Below are positions 25,432-35,237 of a DNA stretch of 64,000 nt, in pieces (the stretch's first letter is position 1; every line of letters begins with the position of its first letter). A model generated the notes under the pieces. The model saw only the letters and a program-made list of their open reading frames with translations. It was not told the DNA's origin and made no database searches. This DNA comes from a virus (taxonomy: Duplodnaviria > Caudoviricetes). The translations under genes were made by a program, and so were the position numbers. The stretch lies in the IMG/VR virus record IMGVR_UViG_3300031784_000003. One strand, written 5' to 3'.

Positions 25432-27069
25432 ATGAAAATAATAATTAAAGAAAGTCAGTTTAGAGTTCTATTAAGAGAAGATAGAGTTCAATTCTTAAAG
25501 ACACAAAATGTAATTGACCCTAAAATATTAGATAAATCGGTAGAGGGTGAGGATGAAAAGGATGGTAAAAGAACTCCTGGTGGTATGGATCCTAATAAAC
25601 CTATTATAGAACCTATTGAGGATCATAATGGAGTAGATATCGCATATATTATAAAAAATAAAAAAGGGAAACAATCTATAAAATTAAGTGAACAAATTTT
25701 TAACGATATTGTAGATGCTGATCCATCACCAAATAAACAGTACGTTCAATGGATGATTCAAGTTTTTATGAGACATATTAATGAAGGAGATATTGAACAA
25801 GCGATTAGATTTTTATCTGAAGATTTACCTGAGGCGAATGAGTTCTTAACTGTGTTCGATTCAGTTAAAAATAAAAAAGTATTTAAACGATCCGCACCTA
25901 ATAGACCTAACGCACCTCAAGATGTGACAAATATTAATCAATATAATGATTTGGCACACCTATACTCAATAGTTAGTCCATTTATAGGGGCAGATGATGA
26001 TGGTGATGATGATGAGAATGAAAGTAAGTTATGGAAAAAGTTAAAGAAGTATGTGGACTTAGGTGAGGCAAAACTCGTATATAGAGATGGTGACGTTTTA
26101 ATATATATGCCAAAAACTATCGAATCTAGTTGTGACCCATTAGGACCTTTAGCCTCTTGGTGTACTAGAAGGGAAGGTAATAGTTATTTTGATTCATATA
26201 GAAGAAATCACCCAAAACCTGATGGTAGTTTATCTGATTACTATGTGATAATGCCAAAAAAACTATTTGATGGGGATGATGAGGGTGGTATGTATCCATT
26301 ACAAATCCATTTTGAGTCTAATCAAATACATGATAAATCTAACGCATCTATTGAACCAGGAAGAGGTAACGGTAAATTAAATGAAGTATTAAGTAGATTT
26401 CCTAAATTAAGAGACTTCTTCAAAAAAGAATTAGGTAATTTAGTTGAGATGGATGTTAGAAAGGGTACTGGATTAATGGATAGTCATTATATTAAGTATT
26501 TAAATATGTTTGGTGGTAAGGTCGAAGATCACGTATCTAGTGAAGCATTCAGTGAAGGTGTTGCAAACATTAAAAAGATGGCTTCTCAGACAACAGGACC
26601 ATTACAGAGTAATAAATACTTACAATGGTTAATGCAAAATACAGAGGGTGTTGTGATTACTGATTATTTAGATACTGAAAATACTAAAGCTTTAGATTTT
26701 TCTAATATGGCAATAAGAGAAATACCTGATTTATCTAACTTTAGACAATTAGAGAGAATTACTGCTAATAATTGTGGGTTAGTAGCATTACCTCCGATAA
26801 ATCATTTACCTATCGATAGTAAATTAAATGTAATTATTGCGAAAGATAATAATATTACTGAAGCACCATTATCAGGTTATGAGAAATTAAAAGATTTATT
26901 CTTATTAAATTTGGCAAATAACCCTATTAGAGAGTTCAATAAAGATGTCGCAATAGAGATGTTTGGTAACGGTTTAGTTATGTTAACTATAGATGAGAAA
27001 AATTTAAGTGAGAGAAGTGCTGAAGATTTTAAAGAATTTATAGAAAAAACTAAAGACGGTTTACTTTAA
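25432..27069 (+). CDS. leader-bearing protein with WCT-motif domain and C-terminal leucine-rich repeats
   Basis: MKIIIKESQFRVLLRED; DPSPNKQYVQW...ASWCT; LDFSNMAIREIPDLSNFRQLERITANNCGL...LNLANNPI. Confidence 0.75.
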   Translation: MKIIIKESQFRVLLREDRVQFLKTQNVIDPKILDKSVEGEDEKDGKRTPGGMDPNKPIIEPIEDHNGVDIAYIIKNKKGKQSIKLSEQIFNDIVDADPSPNKQYVQWMIQVFMRHINEGDIEQAIRFLSEDLPEANEFLTVFDSVKNKKVFKRSAPNRPNAPQDVTNINQYNDLAHLYSIVSPFIGADDDGDDDENESKLWKKLKKYVDLGEAKLVYRDGDVLIYMPKTIESSCDPLGPLASWCTRREGNSYFDSYRRNHPKPDGSLSDYYVIMPKKLFDGDDEGGMYPLQIHFESNQIHDKSNASIEPGRGNGKLNEVLSRFPKLRDFFKKELGNLVEMDVRKGTGLMDSHYIKYLNMFGGKVEDHVSSEAFSEGVANIKKMASQTTGPLQSNKYLQWLMQNTEGVVITDYLDTENTKALDFSNMAIREIPDLSNFRQLERITANNCGLVALPPINHLPIDSKLNVIIAKDNNITEAPLSGYEKLKDLFLLNLANNPIREFNKDVAIEMFGNGLVMLTIDEKNLSERSAEDFKEFIEKTKDGLL

Positions 27070-27103
27070 TATAAAAAATAAATAACATATAAATAAAAAT
27101 TTA

Positions 27104-27253
27104 ATGAAAATGAAAAAGGGTAAAAAAACTATTAGATTAACTGAATCGGAAATGGTAGGACTTATTGAGACTATTGTTAATGAAGTTAAAAGAGAGAAAA
27201 GAGAACAAATTGCTGAATCTAGAAATCCTAAAAAAAGAAGGTATTTAAGATAA
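27104..27253 (+). CDS. 49-aa leader-rich peptide with basic tail (not in ORF track)
   Basis: MKMKKGKKTIRLTESEMVGLIETIVNEVKREKREQIAESRNPKKRRYLR. Confidence 0.75.
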   Translation: MKMKKGKKTIRLTESEMVGLIETIVNEVKREKREQIAESRNPKKRRYLR

Positions 27254-27270
27254 CAGATTGAATAGATTAA

Positions 27271-27302
27271 AAAAAATGGTGGTTAATTAACCACCATTTT
27301 TT
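27271..27302. terminator. bidirectional terminator, perfect 32-bp palindrome
   Basis: AAAAAATGGTGGTTAATTAACCACCATTTTTT between convergent genes. Confidence 0.85.
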
Positions 27303-27338
27303 GTATTATTAATAATCTACTAAAGTGAAAACCTTTAT

Positions 27339-29819
27339 TTAATAAACTTTCACTACTATCTCATCTTTAGGTTTAGAATAACTTACTTTAATTGTTTGTC
27401 CTTCGTTTACTCTACCACTTAATATTTCTTCTGAAACAGGATCCTCAATATACTTCTGTATTGCTCTATTTAAAGGTCTAGCACCATATTCTTCATCATA
27501 CCCCTGTTCGATTAAATAATCTTTTGCAGTTTTATTAATTTGTAAAGTATAACCGATCTCTAATACTCTTTCTTCTAACTTAGAAATTTCTAAATCTACT
27601 ATTTTACCAATTTGTTCTTTTGATAGTGATTTAAAAATTATTACGTCATCTAATCTATTTAAGAATTCTGGTGGAAATTGTTTTTTAAGTTCGTCAATTA
27701 ACAAACCATCTTTAACAGATTCTTCTTTTTCAAGTTTAGATTTTGTACCAAAACCAACACCTGTACCAAAATCTTGTAATTTTTTAACCCCAACGTTGGA
27801 TGTCATAATTACCATACAGTTTTTGAAGTTTACTTTTCTACCTGAACTATCTGTTAATTGTCCGTCATCTAATAATTGTAAAAGTGTATTATATATTTCT
27901 TTATTCGCCTTTTCAATCTCATCAAACAATACTATTGAGTAAGGTCTTCTTCTAACCTTCTCTGTTAACTGACCACCATCTTCGTGTCCAACATATCCTG
28001 GAGGGGATCCGATAAGTCTAGAGATAGAATGTTTTTCTTGAAATTCTGACATATCTAATCTTATTAAAGAATCTTCATCACCAAACATATACTCCGCCAA
28101 TTTTTTTGCAATATGTGTTTTACCAACACCTGTCGGACCTAAAAACATAAAAGAACCAATAGGTTTTTTAGGGTTTCGTATACCAACTCTATTTCTTCTT
28201 AACGATTTCGCAATTTTTTCTAAGGCATTATCCTGACCAATTATTTGTTTATTTAATTCAATTTCCATCTCCAACATTCTCTTACCTTGATCACCACTTA
28301 AACGTCTTAACGGAATACCTGTCATAATTGAAACTACTTCATTAACATCTTCAGGATTAATTGTTTTACGTTCTTTATCTATAGTTTCTAACCATTTTTC
28401 TTTCTCAACCTCTAATTTTTCATTAATTACTCTCTCTTCATCTCTAAGTTTCGCAGCCTCCTCATATTTTTGTTTTTTAACTACATTACTTTTTCTTTCT
28501 TTAATTTCATTAATTTTTTCTTCTAATGAACTTATACTTTTAGGTGCTTTAGCGTTCACTTGTGTTCTAGATCCAACCTCATCTAAGATATCGATTGCTT
28601 TATCAGGAAATTCTCTATCCGTAATATACCTATCCGCCATTTTAACACACTGCTCAATGGTTTCCTGTGGGTAAAATACTTTATGATAATTTTCATATGA
28701 GAATTTTATTTTGTTCAATATTTTAATAGTGTCCTCTACTGAAGGTGGGTTGATTAAAACTTGTTGGAATCTTCTTGCCAATGCCCCATCCTTTTCGATA
28801 TTTTCTCTAAATTCATCTAAAGTGGTTGCACCTATAACTTGAATGTCTCCTCTAGCCATTGCTGGTTTAAGTACGTTAGCTGCATCAATAGAACCAGACG
28901 CATTACCCGCACCTACAATCGTATGTAATTCATCGATAAATAAAATTACATTATCTACATTCATTAATTCGTCAACAATACCTTTTATCCTTTCCTCAAA
29001 TTGACCTCTATATTTTGTTCCTGCAACTAATGAAGTTATATCCAAAGATATAATTCTCTTATCTAATAACGTTCTTGGTGCATCACCATGAAATATTTTC
29101 AGTGCCAACCCTTCTATAATAGTAGTTTTACCCACACCAGGATCACCAATTAAAACAGGATTATTTTTTTTCTTTCTCGCCAATATTTGTGCAACTCTTT
29201 GGATGGATTCATCCCTACCAATTACTGGATCAATTTTACCTTCAGATGCCCTTTTTGTTACATCAATAGAAAAATTATCTAGTATTGGTGTCTCATTACT
29301 TTTATTGGTTTTTTTATTAGTTTTTTTATTTTCTTTAAAAAAATTGTCGTCTTCACTGTCTATTGGGTCAATACTATTTTGTATTAAATTTTTTTCCATA
29401 TGTTTTTTAATTGTATTATAATTTATTTTCATACCTTTAAGGATACTACCAACATTATTCTTAATTTTTAATGCTGAGAGTAGGATATGTTGAGTGTCTA
29501 AGAAATCATCTTTTAATGTATTACATTCTTTTTCCGCATTTTTCAAAATATTTTCAGTTGTATCATCTAATGGTATTTCTTTTAGACTAATATATTTTTC
29601 TTCTTTTTTTTCTTTTAATAAAGACAACTCAATTTTCTTATGTAAATTGTCTACATCAATACCAACACCACTTAATATTTTTATTGCGTTGTTATTATAA
29701 TCATTTATTAATGATATTACTATATGTTCAATTCTAATCTCATTATCGCCATACATTTTGGCTTGTTTAATTGACATAGTAATTATTTTTTTAACCTTTG
29801 GTAAGACTTTCTTCATCAT
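27339..29819 (-). CDS. clpC: ClpC/ClpA-family AAA+ chaperone subunit
   Basis: Clp N domain, Walker A GDPGVGKT and [23 protein letters not shown]-like [13 protein letters not shown]; start moved from 29834 because TATTTATA (minus) overlaps the longer start. Confidence 0.95.
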   Translation of the reverse strand: MMKKVLPKVKKIITMSIKQAKMYGDNEIRIEHIVISLINDYNNNAIKILSGVGIDVDNLHKKIELSLLKEKKEEKYISLKEIPLDDTTENILKNAEKECNTLKDDFLDTQHILLSALKIKNNVGSILKGMKINYNTIKKHMEKNLIQNSIDPIDSEDDNFFKENKKTNKKTNKSNETPILDNFSIDVTKRASEGKIDPVIGRDESIQRVAQILARKKKNNPVLIGDPGVGKTTIIEGLALKIFHGDAPRTLLDKRIISLDITSLVAGTKYRGQFEERIKGIVDELMNVDNVILFIDELHTIVGAGNASGSIDAANVLKPAMARGDIQVIGATTLDEFRENIEKDGALARRFQQVLINPPSVEDTIKILNKIKFSYENYHKVFYPQETIEQCVKMADRYITDREFPDKAIDILDEVGSRTQVNAKAPKSISSLEEKINEIKERKSNVVKKQKYEEAAKLRDEERVINEKLEVEKEKWLETIDKERKTINPEDVNEVVSIMTGIPLRRLSGDQGKRMLEMEIELNKQIIGQDNALEKIAKSLRRNRVGIRNPKKPIGSFMFLGPTGVGKTHIAKKLAEYMFGDEDSLIRLDMSEFQEKHSISRLIGSPPGYVGHEDGGQLTEKVRRRPYSIVLFDEIEKANKEIYNTLLQLLDDGQLTDSSGRKVNFKNCMVIMTSNVGVKKLQDFGTGVGFGTKSKLEKEESVKDGLLIDELKKQFPPEFLNRLDDVIIFKSLSKEQIGKIVDLEISKLEERVLEIGYTLQINKTAKDYLIEQGYDEEYGARPLNRAIQKYIEDPVSEEILSGRVNEGQTIKVSYSKPKDEIVVKVY

Positions 29820-29821
29820 AA

Positions 29822-29853
29822 TTTGTTTTTTCATATAAATATCGTTATCTTTG
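29822..29853 (+). promoter_or_regulatory. Bacteroidota-type promoter
   Basis: TTTG (29822-29825), 20 nt, TATCTTTG (29846-29853). Confidence 0.75.
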
Positions 29854-29875
29854 TTTCAAATTTAATAAATATAAA

Positions 29876-30799
29876 ATGGAAAGTCAATACAAATTGTTTT
29901 TAGGTGATACTAAAATTGTCTTACAAGAAATGTTAGATAGGGGTGAAAAGGTAGATATGATTTTTACTTCCCCACCCTACTTCTCAATGAGAAAAAATTA
30001 TAGTGGAAATGATGATGGAGAGATAGGATCAATACATGTTGACGATTACGCTAATTGGTTTTTAGAATTTACTGATTTATTCTTAAAAATACTTAAACCT
30101 AATGGAAGTTTTTTCTTAAATATAAATGAAAAAATAGAAAATGGTGTGGTTCACCCTGTTATTGATGAGTTAAAGTATAAAATGAGAAAACAGGGGTGGT
30201 TTTTAGTGGCTAAACCTTATATATGGTTTAAAAAACAATCAATACCCACAAATTGTAAATATAGGGCAATAGATAGATACGAATATGTATTCCATTTTTC
30301 AAATTCTAATAAACCTAAATTTAACGCAGATAATTGTAGGACTGAACATTCTGAAGTAACTAAACGTAGGTTTAAAAAACCTGTTACCACAATAAATTCT
30401 AGAGATGGGGTTTATGATTCACAATTAAAAGAATTAAATGAAAAAGGTTCATTACCTCACAATGTAGTAATTGCCGCAGCAGAATCTAACCCTAGTGTTT
30501 TACACCCAGCCCCCTTTACTGTTGAATTAGCGGATTGGTTTGTTAAGATAGGTAGTGATGAAGGTGACATTGTGTTAGATCCTTTCGCAGGTTCTTCTAC
30601 TACAGGTGTTGCAGCATTAAAAAATAATAGAAAATTTTTAGGTGTCGATTTAGTAGAATTCAATATAGATTTCGGTACAAAAAGAATGGAACATTTCTTA
30701 AAGACTGGAGAAACTTATATCCCTAAAAATTTACTAGAAGAAAATGAAATAGATGTCAATTATTATAAGATAAAAGGTAAACACATTAATAACCCATGA
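29876..30799 (+). CDS. beta-class amino-DNA methyltransferase (probably N4-cytosine)
   Basis: DMIFTSPPY motif IV precedes LDPFAGSSTT motif I; HPAPF. Confidence 0.9.
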   Translation: MESQYKLFLGDTKIVLQEMLDRGEKVDMIFTSPPYFSMRKNYSGNDDGEIGSIHVDDYANWFLEFTDLFLKILKPNGSFFLNINEKIENGVVHPVIDELKYKMRKQGWFLVAKPYIWFKKQSIPTNCKYRAIDRYEYVFHFSNSNKPKFNADNCRTEHSEVTKRRFKKPVTTINSRDGVYDSQLKELNEKGSLPHNVVIAAAESNPSVLHPAPFTVELADWFVKIGSDEGDIVLDPFAGSSTTGVAALKNNRKFLGVDLVEFNIDFGTKRMEHFLKTGETYIPKNLLEENEIDVNYYKIKGKHINNP

Positions 30800-30879
30800 C
30801 AAAATGACATATTTTTTGTGTTGGCATATATTTTGAATAATTGTGGTATAATAACAATAAAATAAAAATTAATAAATTT

Positions 30880-31329
30880 ATGAGTAAAGATTTTTTAAAT
30901 TTGGTAAAAGAATTTGAAGGTTTGTTTGATAATGAATTTTACATACCTTATAATTTAAATGTAAAAAGAAGTAATAATAATGTTTTAGGGTTTAATTCTA
31001 ATCACCCCTCTTCAAATATTTATGAGGATGAATGGGTATATAGGTATGAAATTATAACACCAGGAATAACTAAAGAAAATCTAACAATAGATATTAATGG
31101 TGATACATTAGTTTTCAGTGCAGAAAGAACCTTTGAAAAGACAGATAAAGGTGAATATATTAGTAAAGAATATCATTACAATAAATTCCATAGGACTTTT
31201 GAAATACCTACTAATGTAGTTTCAGATGAAATCTACGCTAAGGTTGAGAATGGTATTACTACAGTATTTTTACCAAAAGAAAAACCATCTAAAACTAAAT
31301 CTTATAAAAGAAAAGTTAATATAGAATAA
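30880..31329 (+). CDS. Hsp20 / alpha-crystallin small heat-shock protein
   Basis: PGITKENLTIDI...FHRTFEIPTNV...AKVENGITTVFLPK. Confidence 0.9.
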   Translation: MSKDFLNLVKEFEGLFDNEFYIPYNLNVKRSNNNVLGFNSNHPSSNIYEDEWVYRYEIITPGITKENLTIDINGDTLVFSAERTFEKTDKGEYISKEYHYNKFHRTFEIPTNVVSDEIYAKVENGITTVFLPKEKPSKTKSYKRKVNIE

Positions 31330-31350
31330 AAAATATATGTATTTATTTTT

Positions 31351-31384
31351 ATCCACAACTTTACTAGTTGTGGATTTTTTTTTA
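31351..31384 (+). terminator. intrinsic terminator
   Basis: ATCCACAACT-TTACT-AGTTGTGGAT followed by T run. Confidence 0.85.
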
Positions 31385-31426
31385 TTATTATTTTCATAAA
31401 TAATAATAAATTCTTAAATTTGTGAT

Positions 31427-31651
31427 ATGATAACATCGGCACCAAAATTTAGTAAAATAATTTTATTACTAAAAGACAAAGAAGGTAAACCTTCAGATAA
31501 AATAGAATATTTAGATTCTGCAATTATAATAACAGGTAATTTTGTTATTATTACAGAGGAACAATCCTCTAATTTAAACGATCCCACAACTATAGATGGG
31601 AAAATATATGAAATGAAAGAAATACATTCTTATAGATTATTTAAAAATTAA
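31427..31651 (+). CDS. hypothetical protein, 74 aa
   Basis: Behind TAAATTTG (31415-31422). Confidence 0.7.
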   Translation: MITSAPKFSKIILLLKDKEGKPSDKIEYLDSAIIITGNFVIITEEQSSNLNDPTTIDGKIYEMKEIHSYRLFKN

Positions 31652-31655
31652 AATT

Positions 31656-31952
31656 ATGGTAATATTAAAACACGAAGAAAACGATTCAATAGAGTGCCTT
31701 TATGACTCATCAAATGTGTTGGGGTCAAAATATGTAAAAAAAGATAAAAAACTGGCAGTTATTTTTAAATCTGGTACACAATACATATATTCTAATGTAA
31801 CTAATGAAGATTACAAAAAATTTGAGACGAGTGAAAGTCAGGGTAAACTACTTAATACGGTAATTAAAAAATATACTTTTGATAAATCTAAAGATATTAT
31901 AGACGTTACCCCTATTTTAGAACAAATAAATAATATTAAAAATAATCTATGA
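31656..31952 (+). CDS. KTSC-domain protein
   Basis: DSSNVLGSKY...LAVIFKSG..YIYSNV..EDY..F..SESQGK. Confidence 0.8.
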   Translation: MVILKHEENDSIECLYDSSNVLGSKYVKKDKKLAVIFKSGTQYIYSNVTNEDYKKFETSESQGKLLNTVIKKYTFDKSKDIIDVTPILEQINNIKNNL

Positions 31953-33169
31953 ACCAATTAGATAAACAATACACAGATCTACTTCAAACCATATTAGAAT
32001 ATGGGGTTGAGAAGAAAGATAGAACAGGAACTGGAACTAAATCCATTTTTGGTTATACAATCCGTCATAATATGAAAGATGGGTTTCCATTGTTAACTAC
32101 TAAGAAGATGCCGTTCAGACTTATCGCAACAGAACTAATATGGTTCTTACGTGGTGATACAAACATTAAATTCCTTGTAGATAATGATTGTCATATTTGG
32201 GATGGTGATGCGTATAAAAGATATTGGGATGCTCACCCTGATGCTGAGAAGACATTTCAGTATGAAGGAAGTACTATTGAAACCAGAAGAATGAATAAGG
32301 AAGAATTCATCAACAAAATCAAAACAGATGATGAGTTTGCTAAGAAGTGGGGTGAATTAGGTCCCGTGTATGGTAAGCAATGGAGAGATTGGGAAGTAGA
32401 GAAACATGTTATTCATCCTGATAGAACTGTTTTAGCATCTAAAAAAATAGACCAAATCGCAAACCTAATCCATGACCTTAAAACAAATCCAGATAGTAGA
32501 CGATTGATGGTTAATGCGTGGAATGTTGGTGAATTGGACAAAATGACTTTACCACCTTGTCATTATGGATTTCAAGTTTATACAAGAGAGTTGAGTTTAG
32601 ATGAGAGAATGGATTTGATGGTTAAAAAGCATAAAATGATATTAGAAGGTGGTGATGATAGTTTACCAACCAGAGCAATATCTTTAATGTGGAATCAACG
32701 TTCAGTAGATACATTCTTAGGTTTACCATTCAATATTGCATCATATGGTTTACTACTTGAGATTATCGCAAAGTCAGTTAATATGGTTCCAGATGAATTA
32801 ATTGGTAACTTAGGTGATACCCATTTATACTCAAATCATATTGAACAGGCAAAAGAACAGATTGGTAGAGGATTAGATAGAATTGAGAGGATAAACTATG
32901 GAGTCGATATTTTAGGTTATGAATCATTATTAGATTACGGTCATTCACAAAATGAAGATGAATTAATAACAAAGTTATGTGATGAATGGGGTGTACCAAC
33001 CCGAACAAGAGAACCATATCCATTACCAACATTAGTATTCAATAAAACTGATAAATTCTTTGGAGAATTAAGTGATGACTTATCATTATTAGATCATTTA
33101 GATATATCAGATTTTGTGGTAGAAAATTATAAATCACACCCAACGATTAAAGCACCATTAAGTAATTAA
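31949..33169 (+). CDS. thyA: thymidylate synthase with insertions
   Basis: DRTGTGT, GELGPVYGKQWR, LPPCH, QRSVDTFLGLPFNIASY, GDTHLYSNH. Confidence 0.97.
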   Translation: MNQLDKQYTDLLQTILEYGVEKKDRTGTGTKSIFGYTIRHNMKDGFPLLTTKKMPFRLIATELIWFLRGDTNIKFLVDNDCHIWDGDAYKRYWDAHPDAEKTFQYEGSTIETRRMNKEEFINKIKTDDEFAKKWGELGPVYGKQWRDWEVEKHVIHPDRTVLASKKIDQIANLIHDLKTNPDSRRLMVNAWNVGELDKMTLPPCHYGFQVYTRELSLDERMDLMVKKHKMILEGGDDSLPTRAISLMWNQRSVDTFLGLPFNIASYGLLLEIIAKSVNMVPDELIGNLGDTHLYSNHIEQAKEQIGRGLDRIERINYGVDILGYESLLDYGHSQNEDELITKLCDEWGVPTRTREPYPLPTLVFNKTDKFFGELSDDLSLLDHLDISDFVVENYKSHPTIKAPLSN

Positions 33170-33175
33170 TAAGTT

Positions 33176-33376
33176 ATGAATTTTTTGAAATTTGTGTTAT
33201 TGTGGGTTAGTCAAAATTTATCTATACCATTTTGGATGGTGGGTCATGTACATTTAACATTAAATATCTATGAAGACATATATGAAATAATGGCATCTAT
33301 TGGTATGAATATAGTTGTTGCTATAGGTTTTTGGGTTAGTTGGTCAGATTATAAAAAGGAAATTAAAAATAAATAA
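33176..33376 (+). CDS. small membrane protein
   Basis: Two hydrophobic segments. Confidence 0.7.
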   Translation: MNFLKFVLLWVSQNLSIPFWMVGHVHLTLNIYEDIYEIMASIGMNIVVAIGFWVSWSDYKKEIKNK

Positions 33377-33379
33377 AAT

Positions 33380-33571
33380 ATGAGAACAAGTTATCAGATT
33401 AAAAAGATTATGAACATGAATGGGAAAACATTTCATGTTATTTTATTAAACCCTCATTCTGAGGTGTTTGAAACTGATTATATCGAAGAAGTTACAAAAC
33501 TATGTGAATTATTAAATACCAACTCCGATAGTGGATGGAGGTATGAAATTATTACGATAAATAATAAATAG
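33380..33571 (+). CDS. hypothetical protein, 63 aa
   Basis: In-operon ORF. Confidence 0.7.
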   Translation: MRTSYQIKKIMNMNGKTFHVILLNPHSEVFETDYIEEVTKLCELLNTNSDSGWRYEIITINNK

Positions 33572-33620
33572 AAACGGGCGTTTCAGTAATAACAAATAAA
33601 TAAATAAAAAATTAAAGATT

Positions 33621-33989
33621 ATGGAAACAATTTCATTCGCTTTAGGTGTTGCATCTGTATTAATTGTGCTATTAAGTGCAGTTACTATATGGAATATGCT
33701 TAAGGTTAAAAAATTAACTAAAGAAAAAGAAAATCTACATAATTTAATTAATATTGTGGAACAAAACTTATATAAAAAAATAGATGATGTTGAACGTCAT
33801 ATTCATGAAACTTTTAGAGAAGTACATAGTATGACAGATAGGTATACAACTGATTTATATCGCGCTATAGAAATATCTTCCGATGATGGTAAAAAATATA
33901 CTGACTCACGCATAGATAAACTGATAGACGCTTACTTTTCCCATTATAAGGAAATAGGGAGTAAATCAAAACAAATAATTAAAGGATAA
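33621..33989 (+). CDS. N-terminal TM helix plus coiled-coil protein
   Basis: FALGVASVLIVLLSAVTIW then heptads. Confidence 0.75.
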   Translation: METISFALGVASVLIVLLSAVTIWNMLKVKKLTKEKENLHNLINIVEQNLYKKIDDVERHIHETFREVHSMTDRYTTDLYRAIEISSDDGKKYTDSRIDKLIDAYFSHYKEIGSKSKQIIKG

Positions 33990-34058
33990 TAAGAATTCGC
34001 CCGTTTCTTATTTTTAAGATATTTATCCATATAGAATATATTTATTAATAAAAAAAAT

Positions 34059-34856
34059 ATGGATATTAAAAAAATTACTGAACAAGAAGTCAACGACTTA
34101 ATAAGTAAAGAAAAAATCGACTTATCTTCTTTTGAGGTTAGAAGTACTTTAAATCCTAAAATATTCGATGTAGATCAACATATGCATGAAGAAATACGTA
34201 GAAGATTACTTATGATAGCAGATGACTTTTTTGAGACTTTAAAGGTTGAGTGGGTAGACATACAAGATATTATATTAACAGGTAGTTTGGCAAATTATAA
34301 TTGGTCTAAATTTTCTGATGTAGATTTACACATTTTAATTGATTTTGAGGATGTGGATGAAAATATAGAATTAGTTAAAGAATATTTTACATCTAAAAAA
34401 AATTTATGGAATGAAAATCATGATATAACAATTAAAAATTATGACGTAGAACTATACGTTCAAGAAACTAAAGAACCTCACGTATCTAGTGGGGTTTATT
34501 CTGTTTTATGGGATGGATGGGTTATAAAACCTGACGCAACCAAAAAAGAAATAGATTCAAAAAAAGTAGAACAAAAAGTAAATTCAATAGTAGATACCAT
34601 AGAAGAAATTTATTATATGTATAAATCTGGTGAATACGATAAAACTATTAGAATGGTAAAAAATCTAAAAGATAAAATCAAAAAAATGAGACAAACAGGT
34701 TTAGATAGAGAAGGTGAATACTCTTATGAAAATATATCATTTAAAGTTTTACGTAGAACAATGTATTTAGATAAATTAAGTGATATAGAAACTAAGGCAT
34801 ATGATAAATCATTAACTTTAGATGAGTCTATTAATAATAATAAATTTAAAATATAA
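34059..34856 (+). CDS. Pol-beta-superfamily nucleotidyltransferase
   Basis: IILTGSLANYNWSKFSDVDLHIL (GS-x10-DxD) and VELYV; TATTTATT at 34039-34046. Confidence 0.85.
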   Translation: MDIKKITEQEVNDLISKEKIDLSSFEVRSTLNPKIFDVDQHMHEEIRRRLLMIADDFFETLKVEWVDIQDIILTGSLANYNWSKFSDVDLHILIDFEDVDENIELVKEYFTSKKNLWNENHDITIKNYDVELYVQETKEPHVSSGVYSVLWDGWVIKPDATKKEIDSKKVEQKVNSIVDTIEEIYYMYKSGEYDKTIRMVKNLKDKIKKMRQTGLDREGEYSYENISFKVLRRTMYLDKLSDIETKAYDKSLTLDESINNNKFKI

Positions 34857-34898
34857 TTTTTTTTAATAAAAACGTAATATTTATTTATAAATAATAAT

Positions 34899-35219
34899 AT
34901 GGGAACAACTTATTTAACAGGTACGTATTCTGTAATCCATACAAACACTACTGCAAATTTTGATAACTATGTATATAGTGCGGTGTATTTTAATACCACT
35001 GGTTCTTACACAATAAATGGTGTGTCAGTATCAGGTGTGGCAGGTAGTACATTAGATGGCATTATTAATGGTGCTACAACTACTTTAAATTCAGGGTTTT
35101 TACTTTTAGGTAATTTAAAAGCACAAGGTGTTATACCTACAGGATTAATAACTGCGACTGGTGGAACAGAACAATACCAATTTGTAAACATAAAAACAGG
35201 TTTACCGACTAACGGATAA
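34899..35219 (+). CDS. Thr/Gly-rich small protein, probably virion-associated
   Basis: Composition; TATTTATT at 34878-34885. Confidence 0.6.
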   Translation: MGTTYLTGTYSVIHTNTTANFDNYVYSAVYFNTTGSYTINGVSVSGVAGSTLDGIINGATTTLNSGFLLLGNLKAQGVIPTGLITATGGTEQYQFVNIKTGLPTNG

Positions 35220-35237
35220 AAATTAAATAGAAAATAT

